Positions 17,568 through 26,880 of a stretch of DNA of 64,000 nt are shown in pieces (position 1 is the stretch's first letter; each line of letters begins with the position of its first letter). The stretch spans positions 961,044-1,025,043 of the forward strand of contig CAVSEO010000005.1 of assembly GCA_963727005.1 (NCBI GenBank), written 5' to 3'. Under the pieces are notes generated by a model. It saw nothing but the letters and a program-made list of their open reading frames with translations, was not told the DNA's origin and ran no database searches. The stretch is from an uncultured Chloroflexia bacterium. Its GTDB lineage: Bacteria > Chloroflexota > Limnocylindria > Limnocylindrales > CSP1-4. Made by a program: the position numbers and the translations under genes.

Positions 17568-19109
17568 CTAGACCTTTTCCAGCTCGATGCCGCCGACCAG
17601 TCGGCGAGCTTCAACGAGCAACTCGGCGCGGACCGTGTATTCGGTCGGCACGAGGGAGCGGGCTCCGGAACTGGAGATGGGACCAAGATCGAGAGCGCGA
17701 TTGATCAGCGCGATGGCGGTGGCAGCGTCGGCTCTCTCGGTTGGATCCGCTGAACCGAGGAGCGTCGTGGCCTTCTCGAGTATCCAATTCAGCTGGATGC
17801 CGAGCACCTCTTTGATAGTCGCCGCCGGGTCCGTGTCCAGCCGTCGCCGATCGACTCCGCCGACCAGGAGCTCCGCCTTGAGCAAATTCTCATAGCAGTA
17901 GCGGTAGTTGAAGGGATGCACGATGTGCGGTGCGTCGGGCAGAGTCGGGGGCCACTGGCCGTCGGAGTTGTAGGAGTTGGTCAGGTGAAACCAGACCTTC
18001 TCCGCAGCATCGGGACCGAGGTCGGCCAGGTTCGCGTGCAGCTTCTCCCTCACCAGGTCCTGCCACGGGCGCAGATGGCGAGCCATGGGGGTGTTGGCCC
18101 AGGTAGAAGCCTTGGCGCCATGCCAGGCCGAATCCTCGTCGAAGTTCAGACTGTCGGTCAGCACGGGTAGTTCGTTGCACGCCTCATCGAAGGTCGTGAA
18201 CTCGCCCCGTTCCTTAACGGCCGTGATCAGCTTGATGAGATAGTCCCTGGACTTGGGCATCCTCTCGAAGACGTTGTCGGGTTGGTTCTGGAACTTCAAC
18301 CGGAACCAGCCGTTGGTGCCGATGTACTCGGCGTCGTCGGCGAAGATGATCAGGGCACCTTCAGGTTCGCCAGTTGGTTGGGCGGAGTACTTCCAGATCA
18401 AATCGAGATAGCTGTCGAGCGAATACCCCTCCATCCCCATGAAGAAGCGGACGGCATACTGGGCAACCCGGTCCGTTCGCAGGAACACCCGCAGCTTCTG
18501 GGAGGGGTCTCCGACCGCGTATTCAAACGGGAAGTGGAGTGTCTTCTCGTCGCCCGGGAGATCGTATTTGAAGGCGAAGTTGTAGAAGGCGGGGTCCTTG
18601 CTGAACTCTTTCTCGTAGATCTCCGGGCGGAGCGGCCGACCGTCCTTCCCGCAGGAACGGCTATAGGCCTCGAAATCGGCCAGTAGATTGCGGTAGCCCG
18701 TCTCGGCGACCTGTTCCGGAACGAAGCTCCGCCAGCCGCATTCCGGGTTCCAGAAACTCCGAGGCTGAATTCCCAGGTACTTCTGGTAGGCGTATTGCGA
18801 GAACCGAATGGACCAGATGCCGTCTTCCTTTGGAAAGTTCGGCAGCATGGGATGGGCATACGGCGAGCCCATGAATTCGCATTGGCCCGAGGAGATGGCA
18901 GCCTTGAGCTTCTCCAGGACATCCGGCGTCAGGACCGCGATCTGTTCGAGGGTGTAGCCCGATGCCTCAAAGACGAACTTGGTGTCGGGGAACCGCTCCC
19001 GCATGGTGTCAAAAATGAGCTCGTAGCTTGCCCGTATCACGAACTCGTACTTATCGGGGGTCAGATAAGCGTAGTTCAGGTTGCCATGAAATATGGCGAT
19101 GTACTTCAT
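17568..19109 (-). CDS. Glycoside hydrolase family 57-like protein
   Basis: Intact 513-aa ORF. The layout of the N-terminal catalytic region is GH57-like (...FEASGYTLEQIA...GQCEFMGSPYAHPMLP...IRFSQYAYQKYLGIQPRSFWNPECGW...). Assigned from remembered family features, not a search. Confidence 0.55.
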   Translation of the reverse strand: MKYIAIFHGNLNYAYLTPDKYEFVIRASYELIFDTMRERFPDTKFVFEASGYTLEQIAVLTPDVLEKLKAAISSGQCEFMGSPYAHPMLPNFPKEDGIWSIRFSQYAYQKYLGIQPRSFWNPECGWRSFVPEQVAETGYRNLLADFEAYSRSCGKDGRPLRPEIYEKEFSKDPAFYNFAFKYDLPGDEKTLHFPFEYAVGDPSQKLRVFLRTDRVAQYAVRFFMGMEGYSLDSYLDLIWKYSAQPTGEPEGALIIFADDAEYIGTNGWFRLKFQNQPDNVFERMPKSRDYLIKLITAVKERGEFTTFDEACNELPVLTDSLNFDEDSAWHGAKASTWANTPMARHLRPWQDLVREKLHANLADLGPDAAEKVWFHLTNSYNSDGQWPPTLPDAPHIVHPFNYRYCYENLLKAELLVGGVDRRRLDTDPAATIKEVLGIQLNWILEKATTLLGSADPTERADAATAIALINRALDLGPISSSGARSLVPTEYTVRAELLVEARRLVGGIELEKV

Positions 19110-19165
19110 TGACTGACACCTACGTGTGGGCGTGGGCCTTAACTCACGGTCTTGGCTGGGCGCCT

Positions 19166-20441
19166 CTACTCGGCATTGACGACCACTTCATACCCGGCCA
19201 TTTCAGCTTGGGTCGTCATCGCCGTTTGGAGGTCGGGCAGCAGGCTCTGAAGCGTCGTCTTCTCACTCAGAGCTCGGCTGACGAACTTCCCCATGGTACC
19301 CATAACATCATAGCCAGGCAGGGTGTAGAGCGGAGAGATGGCCTGCGAGGCCGTTTGCATGGCCGGGAAGGGGTCGTTGGCGAAGAGCGGATTCGCGCTG
19401 ACGGCCCTCTGCCAGGCCGGCTGGACGGGCAGGTAGACCGGGTAGTCGGGGGTGTTGATCCAGAACTCAGGTGCGCCGACCATCCAGACGATGAAGTCCA
19501 GCGCCAGGGGCAGGTTCCCGGTGTGCTTGGAGATGGCCCAAGCCCCGCCGCCCCAGGTTGAAGCCATGACCTGAGTGTCGCCCTCCCAGCGCAGCGGCGG
19601 AGCCACGGCAAGCTGGTGATCCGCCGTACTCGTAGTACCGGCTGCCCGGCTTGCCTCCGAAGCTGGCCAACGCCATCCAGGCAGGGCCGACCAGCATCAG
19701 GAGCTTGTCGGCTCGGGCGATCTCGCTGAAGCTCGGGTCGAAGTAGCCGTAGGGGGCCAGAGTCCCGTTGGCCAACAGGGCGTCCACCAGTTCCGCCGCG
19801 CGCACACCGCGGGGATCCCCGAAGTTGATATGGACACGCTTCTCACCCAGCACCCGCGAGGAAGGGCAGCCAGAAGCATCGAAGAAGGCCTTGAAACCCC
19901 AGGCGTCGCCGAACGAGCCGACAACATAGCCGGGGTGTTCGCTGCCCACGCGCTTGCCCAGGGCCTCGTACTCCTGCCAGGTAGCCGGGGCACGATAGCC
20001 GAATCGATCCATCAGCGGCTTGTTGAAGTACAGCACCATCGGCGCGGTGTCGTGACGCAGGCAAAGGAGCTTGCCGTCATAGGTGCAGGCGTCGTGGGCA
20101 TGCGGTTCGAAGTTGCCCAGCACCTCAACGGAGAGTGCGGGCTTGAGGTCGATCGGGAAGTCGTGCTGACTGTCGACGGTTTGGGCGATCAGGTTGGTTT
20201 CGGCGAAGACAACGTCGGGCCAACCCTCACCCTGCTGGTTGAAGCGCAGCACCTGAGCCGGCAACCGATTTCGGTCCACGACCTGGAAATCGATCTGGGC
20301 TGCCTTGTCCGGGAAGAGCCGCCGATAGATCCTGGCCCCGTCCATCCGGGTTGAGTCGAGCCAGACGGTGAGCCGTGCCTGAGGCGCCGCTGAGGTGGCC
20401 GATGGAGTCGTCATAAGGGGCGCCATTATAGGGACGAGCAC
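19166..20441 (-). CDS. ABC-transporter extracellular solute-binding protein (family 1, sugar type); +1 frameshift near 19610; N-terminal signal region unclear
   Basis: Fragments 19467..20441 (LTVWLDSTR...DGKLLCLRHDTAPMVLYFNKPLMDRFGY..PATWQEYEALG) and 19166..19606 (WGGGAWAISKHTGNLPLALDFIVWM...) join into one SBP. No adjacent permease or ATPase genes. Confidence 0.7.
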
Positions 20442-20599
20442 GGCCTGCGGAGGCGAGCCCCTCCCGACGCGGGACCCCGGCTACGGGGGGCGCACCCACC
20501 AGAACCATTTGCCCGCCGGTGGGCAAACTGAAGCCGCGGCGTTCCATGATCACCGTTTCGCTGAAGCGCAACTCTTCCAAGGCCGAGGTGGCGTCTGAC

Positions 20600-21625
20600 G
20601 TGAACGGCGCCCGTCTCCAACTGACGCGCGAACAGATCCTGGCTTTCCGACGGTCCGTCGGTGCCCTCGACGAGCGGCTGCCTCCGGGCCCCGACTCTCT
20701 GAGGCGAGCGGCCTGGGCGGGCCTGCAGGACAGCGTGCCGCGGGCGGCCGTCCTGTCGATCCACGCTCGCGTCCACGGCACCGAGCCGCAAGCGTGGGAA
20801 GACCCGTCGCTCGTGCAGCTCTGGGGCCTGCGGTTCGCCGTCTACGTCGTGGCCGCGATCGATCTTGCGGTCTTCTCGCTCGGGCGGCTCCCCGACCGCG
20901 GCGAGGAGCGGCAGCGGGCAGAAGATCTCGCCCGGCGCCTGCGCCTCTTCCTCGACGGCCGAAAGATGACCTATAGCGAGGTTGGGCACGCGCTCGGGGT
21001 CCACCCGAACAGCCTGCGTTACGCGGGATCGACCGGTACCTTGCTGATCCGCTGGGATGGGGCTCGCCCGCCCACGATCTGGACCGTGCCACCGCCGGAA
21101 ATCGACCCTCGCGAGGCCCGCCTCGAGCTGGCGCGTCGGTACCTCCACGTCTTCGGACCGGCGACGCCCGCGGCATTCGCCGACTGGGCGGGGATCAGGC
21201 CGCGGGCGGCCGGTCACGCTTCGTTCGACGCGCTGAGCGGCTCGCTGACGCCGGTTCGAACGCCAATCGGTGACGCGTGGATCCTCACCGCCGACGAGCC
21301 GGAGTTTCTCGCGCCAGCAGGACCCGCGGCGCCTGCGCGGCTCCTCCCGAGCGGCGACGCCTACTCCCTGCTGCAGGGAGCCGACCGGGAGCTCCTCGTC
21401 CCAGATGCCGACAATCGCCGAAAGCTCTGGACTCCTCGGGTCTGGCCGGGCGCGGTCCTCGTCGGTGGCGAGATCGTGGGGACCTGGAGACGCTCCCAGA
21501 CCGACGTTACGATCGAGTCCTGGCGCCGGCTCTCACCCGCCGAGCGCGAAGCAGTGGAGGCCGAGGCTGCCTCGATGCCGCTACCCGGCATCCGGCAGCG
21601 CGTCCGGGTCAGCTGGGACGGCTAG
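20600..21625 (+). CDS. Winged-helix DNA-binding domain protein of the YcaQ/AlkZ-like family
   Basis: Contains LTREQILAFRRSVGALDERLP...AAVLSIHARV...LVQLWGLRFAVYVV...ARLELARRYLHVFGPATPAAFADWAGI...LLPSGDAYSLL...GTWRR. The track ORF starts at 20519; the GTG at 20600 fits the family N-terminus better. Confidence 0.55.
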   Translation: MNGARLQLTREQILAFRRSVGALDERLPPGPDSLRRAAWAGLQDSVPRAAVLSIHARVHGTEPQAWEDPSLVQLWGLRFAVYVVAAIDLAVFSLGRLPDRGEERQRAEDLARRLRLFLDGRKMTYSEVGHALGVHPNSLRYAGSTGTLLIRWDGARPPTIWTVPPPEIDPREARLELARRYLHVFGPATPAAFADWAGIRPRAAGHASFDALSGSLTPVRTPIGDAWILTADEPEFLAPAGPAAPARLLPSGDAYSLLQGADRELLVPDADNRRKLWTPRVWPGAVLVGGEIVGTWRRSQTDVTIESWRRLSPAEREAVEAEAASMPLPGIRQRVRVSWDG

Positions 21626-21661
21626 GACTGAACCGGCGCCACGCGGTCGTGCCCGTCCGGA

Positions 21662-22033
21662 CTACGTCGACCGTCGGCTCGTGTTCTCGCGGACCCTGAA
21701 CTCGACGATCCGGCGGATCAAGTCCTTGGGCAGCGGCTGCCCGAGCGGGAACTGCACCGAGCCCTTCCCCTGCTTGTAAGGTGCGAGCTCCTGCTTGAAT
21801 GCCTCCATCCCACTGGGGATCGGATAGAAGCCGATGTGCCGCTCATACCCCGCGAAATGCACCAGGTGACGCCCGTTCAGGTCGAATGTGGGGATGGCGT
21901 AGCTGATGCACTCCGTCGCATCGGGAGCTGTCGCCTTGATGAGCGCGCGCACCTCTGACAGCACTTTCTGGGTCTCGACAGGGAACCTCGCTATGTACTC
22001 GTCGATCGTGCCGGCAGTCGACCTGGATGCCAT
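21662..22033 (-). CDS. DUF1801 (YdhG-like) domain protein
   Basis: From the ATG at 22033 it reads MASRSTAGTIDEYIARFPVETQKVLSEVRALIKATAPDATECISYAIPTFDLNGRHLVHFAGYERHIGFYP. The upstream part of the 254-aa track ORF is Arg/Pro-rich junk. Confidence 0.75.
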   Translation of the reverse strand: MASRSTAGTIDEYIARFPVETQKVLSEVRALIKATAPDATECISYAIPTFDLNGRHLVHFAGYERHIGFYPIPSGMEAFKQELAPYKQGKGSVQFPLGQPLPKDLIRRIVEFRVRENTSRRST

Positions 22034-22149
22034 GTAGCACCTCCCAGCTCTATGAAGCGGATTCAATGTCCCCCTCCATTTCCTGGCTGTCAACATTTCT
22101 GGACTCTGCCCTATCCTTGTACTAGAATAGATGGAGGAGGCCGTCACCT

Positions 22150-23214
22150 GTGACCAACGCTGAACTCGCGGTACTGAGCCTCGTCGTCGAGTGCCCGCGC
22201 CACGCCTATGAGATCGAGCAGGTAATCGCCGAGCGTGGCATGCGCGAGTGGACCGACGTGGGGTTCTCGTCGATCTACTACCTGCTCGGCAAGATGGAGC
22301 ACGCAGGCCTGGTCCAGGGCCACAGCGACGACGCGGCGAGCAAAGGTCCGGCGCGCAAGGTCTACTCCCCCACTGCCGAAGGGTTCTCGGCATGGACCGA
22401 GGCGAGCCTGGCGGCGCTGGGCACAACGCAGGCGAAGATGCCGTTCCTGCTCGGGCTGGCCAACCTCCCTGGGCTGCCCGAGGATCGCGCGCTCGAAGCG
22501 GCGCGTTCGTGCCTGGCCGTGTTGGACGACCGCTTGCGATCGGTAAGGGAGAAACGGCGTTCCCTCAGGGAGATGGAGTGGTTCGTGGACGAGGTCTTCG
22601 ACTACAGCGAGCACTCGCTGCTGTCGGGACGCGATTGGGTGGCCGGATTCGTGAAGCGGTTCGAGCAGAGGAGTGAGGCGAGACAGATGCCTAAGAAGAT
22701 GAAGCCGTTCGTACCCGAGTTCGCCGAGATGCCCGCGGTGACGGTGGCGGTCGTGCATACGGTGGGCGATCCGACCGTCGTCGCCTCAAAGGTGTTCCCG
22801 GCGCTCTACGGCGCGACCTATTCCCTCAAGTTCTCGCTGAAGAAGCTGGGCGTGGACTACAAGGTCGGCCCTCCGTGCGGGCGATGGTTCGGGGGCCCCG
22901 ACTGGATGACGATCCCACGCGAGAAATGGGAGGCAGCCTGGGCGATCCCGATTCCGGAGGGGACGAAGGAACTGGTGCAGAAGGATCCCGAGACCCCGGT
23001 CACGATCGAGACGTGGGAGTACGGCTCGGTCGCGCAGATCCTCCACGTCGGCAGTTACGCCGAGGAGACCCCTACGATCCAGCGGCTCCACGACTTCATC
23101 ACCGCCGAGGGATACGAGATCGCCGGCCCGCACGAGGAGGAGTACCAGTCGTCGCCGGCGGCGAAGGCACCCAAGACCGTAATTCGGTATCAGGTGCGCA
23201 AGCGCGAAGGCTAG
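22150..23214 (+). CDS. PadR-family transcriptional regulator fused to a GyrI-like effector-binding domain
   Basis: The N-terminus AELAVLSLVVECPRHAYEIEQVIAERGMREWTDVGFSSIYYLLGKMEHAGLV is a PadR wHTH. The C-terminus (...AVVHTVGDP...YGSVAQILHVGSYAEETPTIQRLHDFITAEGYEIAGPHEEEY) is GyrI-like. Confidence 0.75.
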   Translation: MTNAELAVLSLVVECPRHAYEIEQVIAERGMREWTDVGFSSIYYLLGKMEHAGLVQGHSDDAASKGPARKVYSPTAEGFSAWTEASLAALGTTQAKMPFLLGLANLPGLPEDRALEAARSCLAVLDDRLRSVREKRRSLREMEWFVDEVFDYSEHSLLSGRDWVAGFVKRFEQRSEARQMPKKMKPFVPEFAEMPAVTVAVVHTVGDPTVVASKVFPALYGATYSLKFSLKKLGVDYKVGPPCGRWFGGPDWMTIPREKWEAAWAIPIPEGTKELVQKDPETPVTIETWEYGSVAQILHVGSYAEETPTIQRLHDFITAEGYEIAGPHEEEYQSSPAAKAPKTVIRYQVRKREG

Positions 23215-23215
23215 A

Positions 23216-24508
23216 TCAGCGACCGACCGACCCCACGCCGAGCGGACGGACGGGCCGATCTGGGGTCATTTCGCGCCCCGGAGCCGGCGCTGTAGTACGG
23301 CGGTATCCAGGTGGAGCGGCTCCACCTTGCCTACCGTGGGCTCCGGCGCGGCGCCGCCGTGCCGGGCACGCGCGGCGCGAGACGAAGCGGTCGAAGACGG
23401 CGAGCGCGTCCAGCGGGCCGGGGCCGCCCTCGGGGTGGTACTGGACCGTCTCGATCGGGAGCGTGCGGTGGCGCAGGCCCTCCACCGATCCGTCGTTGAG
23501 GTCGATCTGGCTGACCACGAAGCCGCTCGCCTCCGGCAGCGTGTCGGCGATGACCGTGACCTCGTGGTTCTGGGCCGTGACCTGGACCAGGCCCGTCTCG
23601 AGGTCCTTGACCGGGTGGTTCGCGGCGTGGTGGCCGAAAGGCAGGCGCCGGTGTCTCGCGCCGGCGGCGCGTCCGATGATCTGGTGGCCCAGGCAGATGC
23701 CCAGCAGCGGGCGCCCGTCGGCGATCACCTGCGCGGGCCAGGGCGACGGGGCCGTCCAGCCGGGCCGGGTCGCCCGGTCCGGGCGAGAAGACGACGCCGT
23801 CGATATCCGGAGCCAGCGCCTCGGCGGCCGTGGCCGTGTGCGGCAGGACGCGGACGCGCGCCCCGCGCGCCGGAGGCTGCGGACGATGTTCGTCTTGAGG
23901 CCGAAGTCCAGGATTGCGACGAGCGGGCCGCCCTCGGACGCATCGCCTTCGTCGCGTGCCGCCTGCCGGGCGAGACCAGGGCCACGAAATCCTGGTCCTC
24001 CCAGCGCGGCACGGCTCGGGCCAGCGCGCGCGCCTCCTCCGGATCGGTCTGGCCGGGCGCGGTCACGATCGGCGCGCAGGCAGCCGTTGGCTCGCAGGTG
24101 TCGGGCCAGGGCTCGCGTGTCGACGCCGGCGATGGCCGGGATGCCAGCCTCGCGCAGCATCGTGGCCAGCTGGCGGGCGTCGTCCAGCACCGCGGCCGTG
24201 GCGTTGGCCACGATCAAGCCCCGCAGCCAGGGCCGCTCGGACTGGTCGTCGGGCTGGAGGCGGCCGTAGTTGCCGATCAGCGGGTAGGTCATGACGACGA
24301 GCTGGCCGGCGTAGCTCGGATCGGTGGCGATCTCCTGGTAGCCGGTCTGGCTGGTGTTCACCACGAGGTCGCCCTGCCCGCTGCCCTGCGCGCCGAAGGC
24401 GATGCCGGGGAAGAGCCGGCCATCCTCGAGGGCGAGCAGCGCCGGCCCGTAGTCGCCGACCCGAGGGTCGACGACGGCGCTGGGGCGCGGAAACGGCGGC
24501 TGCTTCAC
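23216..24508 (-). CDS. carA: Carbamoyl-phosphate synthase small (glutaminase) subunit; at least 4 frame changes (~24065, ~23960, ~23870, ~23760)
   Basis: Frame path A-B-A-C-A. The pieces read ALLALEDGRLFPGIAFGAQG...MTYPLIGNYG...GVDTRALARHLRANG / VTAPGQTDPEEARALARAVPRWEDQDFVALVS / GGPLVAILDFGLKTNIVRSLRRAG / ARVRVLPHTATAAEALAPDIDGVVFSPGPGDPARLDGP / ADGRPLLGICLGHQ...QNHEV...VQYHPE. The C-terminal ~50 aa (Arg/Pro-rich) may be another off-frame tail. Confidence 0.9.
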   Translation of the reverse strand: MKQPPFPRPSAVVDPRVGDYGPALLALEDGRLFPGIAFGAQGSGQGDLVVNTSQTGYQEIATDPSYAGQLVVMTYPLIGNYGRLQPDDQSERPWLRGLIVANATAAVLDDARQLATMLREAGIPAIAGVDTRALARHLRANGCLRADRDRARPDRSGGGARAGPSRAALGGPGFRGPGLARQAARDEGDASEGGPLVAILDFGLKTNIVRSLRRAGRASASCRTRPRPPRRWLRISTASSSRPDRATRPGWTAPSPWPAQVIADGRPLLGICLGHQIIGRAAGARHRRLPFGHHAANHPVKDLETGLVQVTAQNHEVTVIADTLPEASGFVVSQIDLNDGSVEGLRHRTLPIETVQYHPEGGPGPLDALAVFDRFVSRRACPARRRRAGAHGRQGGAAPPGYRRTTAPAPGREMTPDRPVRPLGVGSVGR

Positions 24509-24544
24509 GCGACCACGGTGCTTGCGGCGCCGGGGTCGGCGCTA

Positions 24545-24576
24545 CAAAAAGGCCACCGGCCGGATTGGCGCGGTGG
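24545..24576 (-). terminator. Attenuator hairpin of the carA leader
   Basis: The minus-strand RNA is CCACCGCGCCAAUCCGGCCGGUGG followed by CCUUUUUGU. It lies 36 nt upstream of the carA GTG. Confidence 0.65.
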
Positions 24577-24680
24577 TTCTCCTGGCAGGCGACCATGGAC
24601 CTCCTTTCCGGCCTCTCTGGACCGGTACGCCGGCCTCACAGGACCGGCCGCGAAAGGTTGGCGCGTAGGTTAGCACGAAG
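24577..24680 (-). promoter_or_regulatory. PyrR-binding-type leader RNA upstream of carA
   Basis: GGUCCAGAGAGGCC is present on the minus strand (plus strand 24610-24623). Near-identical to the carB leader. Confidence 0.7.
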
Positions 24681-24883
24681 GCCGTGACAAACGACGCCCG
24701 GCCCCGCCTCGCCGATCAACGGTGCGCCCCGATACGAACGGCTCCTGGCGCGCGCGACCAGATTCGCACCCTGCGGCCGGACCGGATCCTTCAGGGTTCT
24801 TTCAGCGTCGGGTGACTACCCTGAGGCTCACATCATTGCGAACTCCACCCAGAAGACGCCAGTGACGGGGTGTCTTCTCCAGA

Positions 24884-25501
24884 TCAAGCGGTCCGGGTAC
24901 CCCCTCCCCGGGCCGCTTGTCTTGTCCGGGCCGATGGTCCGAGCCGCGCCCGGCCTAACGGCGTGGCAAGCCCTGCGAACTGCCCTGGACTCGCGCCGCG
25001 GCGCTGGCGCACCAGCAACTCTATCTCCGCCCGGAGCCGGCGCCCGAACGTGGCCCGCTGCAGCCACTCGAGGTAGTCCAGGTCGTATCGGGCGATCTCG
25101 CCAAGCGACCAGCCTGCATAGCGGCCGAAATCCAGGACGGTTCCGGAGGGGTGCCCCGGAGGCGGACCCGCGCGATTGGCGTCCGTCGCGCCGCTCGTGC
25201 CGGACTGGCCTTCCAGCGGGCCGCCCGGCGGCGGCGCGGCGCTCGCCGCCGAAGTGCCGGCGGCAGAGGGCCAATTTCGAGAGGAATCTCGCGGAAGGCG
25301 CGCCTCGGCGCGCGAGGCGTCGTAGGCTGCGCGCCGGACCGGGTCGCCCAGGACATCCCAGGCGTCGTTGAGAGCCACCATCTGGGTCGGGTCACCGCCG
25401 TGATCGGGGTGGTATTTGCGCGCGAGGACTCGATACGCGGCTCGAATAACCTCCGCGTCGGCGCTCGGCCGGACCTGGAGCACCTCGTAGGGATCACGCA
25501 T
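24884..25501 (-). CDS. J-domain (DnaJ-like) protein with a C-terminal FGxYxG...YLxWL motif domain; 3' end uncertain
   Basis: Contains DPYEVLQVRPSADAEVIRAAYRVLARKYHPDHGGD (HPD motif) and a C-terminal LDFGRYAGWSLGEIARYDLDYLEWL. The last ~40 aa look off-frame. Confidence 0.75.
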   Translation of the reverse strand: MRDPYEVLQVRPSADAEVIRAAYRVLARKYHPDHGGDPTQMVALNDAWDVLGDPVRRAAYDASRAEARLPRDSSRNWPSAAGTSAASAAPPPGGPLEGQSGTSGATDANRAGPPPGHPSGTVLDFGRYAGWSLGEIARYDLDYLEWLQRATFGRRLRAEIELLVRQRRGASPGQFAGLATPLGRARLGPSARTRQAARGGGTRTA

Positions 25502-25723
25502 GCGCGAGAGCGTACAACGTCATGAATGCCCCGCGCCGGGCGCCGCTCCGCTGGACTGCCGGCCGGGAGCCCGGACTTTCGACAGTTGACCACGCGCAAC
25601 GAACCACCTGTCACAATGCCGGCCGAGGGTACTTGTGGGGGCCGGTGAAGCCAGGCGGACGTGTCTTGGTGCGCCGCCGATCGGGTCTACTCAACGCGGC
25701 CGAAAGGGAGATCGACACCAACA

Positions 25724-26851
25724 ATGGCAAATGCAATCAGGCGCGGACCAAACGGCACCGGCGGCAGGCTCGGCCGGGGGCTGGCACTTGGAAGCGCCCT
25801 CCTCGCCGGCGCGTTGATCTTCTCGGCCGGTCCGGCCCTCGCCGTCGTGGCGCCGGTGTACGACAACATCCCGACCACCCTCCCGGGCAACGTCCCGAGC
25901 ATGGCCTTCGAGGCGACCGAGCACCAGCGAGTTCGGCGACCTCATCACTTTTGACCCGGGCACGCGGGCCAGTGGAAGCCTGCCGGTCACGGTCGTGATG
26001 TCGAGTTGGGGCTGCCAGACCGGCGGTGGAGCAACCTGCCACACGACCCCCGGCGCGACTTGGCCGCAGCCGATCACCCTGACCCTCTACCAGGTGGTCG
26101 GCGGCACACCGCCGAAGGCCGGCGACAAGATCACGAGCCTGACCAACACCTTCAACCTCCTGTACCGGCCGTCGTACGACCCCAGATGCCCGGCCAGCGA
26201 CTTCTATGCCTGGTTCTCGGACGTGGCGGGGAAATGCTTCAGCGGGCTTGCCCAGGCCATCACATTCGATCTCCCGCCGGGCATCACGCTCCCCGATACG
26301 CTCATCTGGGGCATCACCTTTGACACGACCCATTACGGATACCATCCCCTCGGCGGTGACGCGGTCCCTGGGACTCACTCAACGTGGGAGTCCAGCCGGC
26401 TGCCGGTAAACCGTCCTACGGGACGGACGTCGAGCCCGACTCGGCATTCCTGAACAGTTTGTCCGCCGGCTCCTACGCCGATGGCGGCAAAGCCGGTACG
26501 GGACCTTCCGCGACGACGTCGGCGGCTGGACGGGCCAGGCTCCCCTCGCCTGCTTCGGTATCGCCTGCTCGGTCAACGCGCCACCGCCGACCCCGACCCC
26601 GACCGCGACGCCCACGCCCGTCGCGAGCGTAACCAACGAGCCGACCCAGCAGGTCGGCAGGCGCTACCGGCACTCCACGCGCCCCGACGCCCCCACCGAC
26701 CAGCACCGGCGGATCTTCCGGCGGCAGCTCGTCGCAGGAGCTGGCCGTGTTCCTGTGCTTCGCCCTCGGGGCCATCGGGCTGACTGCCGTGTACGCGCAA
26801 CGCCGATCGCTCCGCAACTCGCCCGCCTCCGCCCGTATCGATCGAAGTTGA
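25724..26851 (+). CDS. Secreted/surface protein with a Pro/Thr linker and C-terminal TM anchor module; >=4 apparent frameshifts
   Basis: The signal peptide is MANAIRRG...LALGSALLAGALIFSAGPALA. The body is spread over three frames (NIPTTLPGNVPSMAFEAT / SEFGDLITFDPG... / VVMSSWGCQTGGGATCHTTPGATWPQPITLTLYQVVGG...GITFDTTHYGYHPLGG...). The last ~225 nt are near-identical to the 3' end of the next gene apart from one extra base near 26653. Confidence 0.6.
26590..26814 (+). repeat. Dispersed direct repeat copy 1 (3' coding module shared by two adjacent genes)
   Basis: Aligns by eye with 27781-28004 (offset ~1190-1191), with few substitutions and one indel. Confidence 0.85.
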
Positions 26852-26880
26852 CCACAGACTGAGAGTCACGAGGAATTGAC

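Noticed and set aside
24885-24918. A 13-bp-stem palindrome (CAAGCGGTCCGGG...CCCGGGCCGCTTG) as a terminator of the J-domain gene
   Set aside because: It lies inside the ORF as sequenced and has no U-tract on either strand. It could become a terminator only if the gene really ends earlier (~24955) through a frameshift, which I cannot establish.
25586-25617. A TTGACC ... TGtCACAAT promoter-like string upstream of the first surface-protein gene
   Set aside because: The spacing between the -35-like and -10-like hexamers is ~20 nt. Only an extended -10 reading is possible, which is too weak to call.
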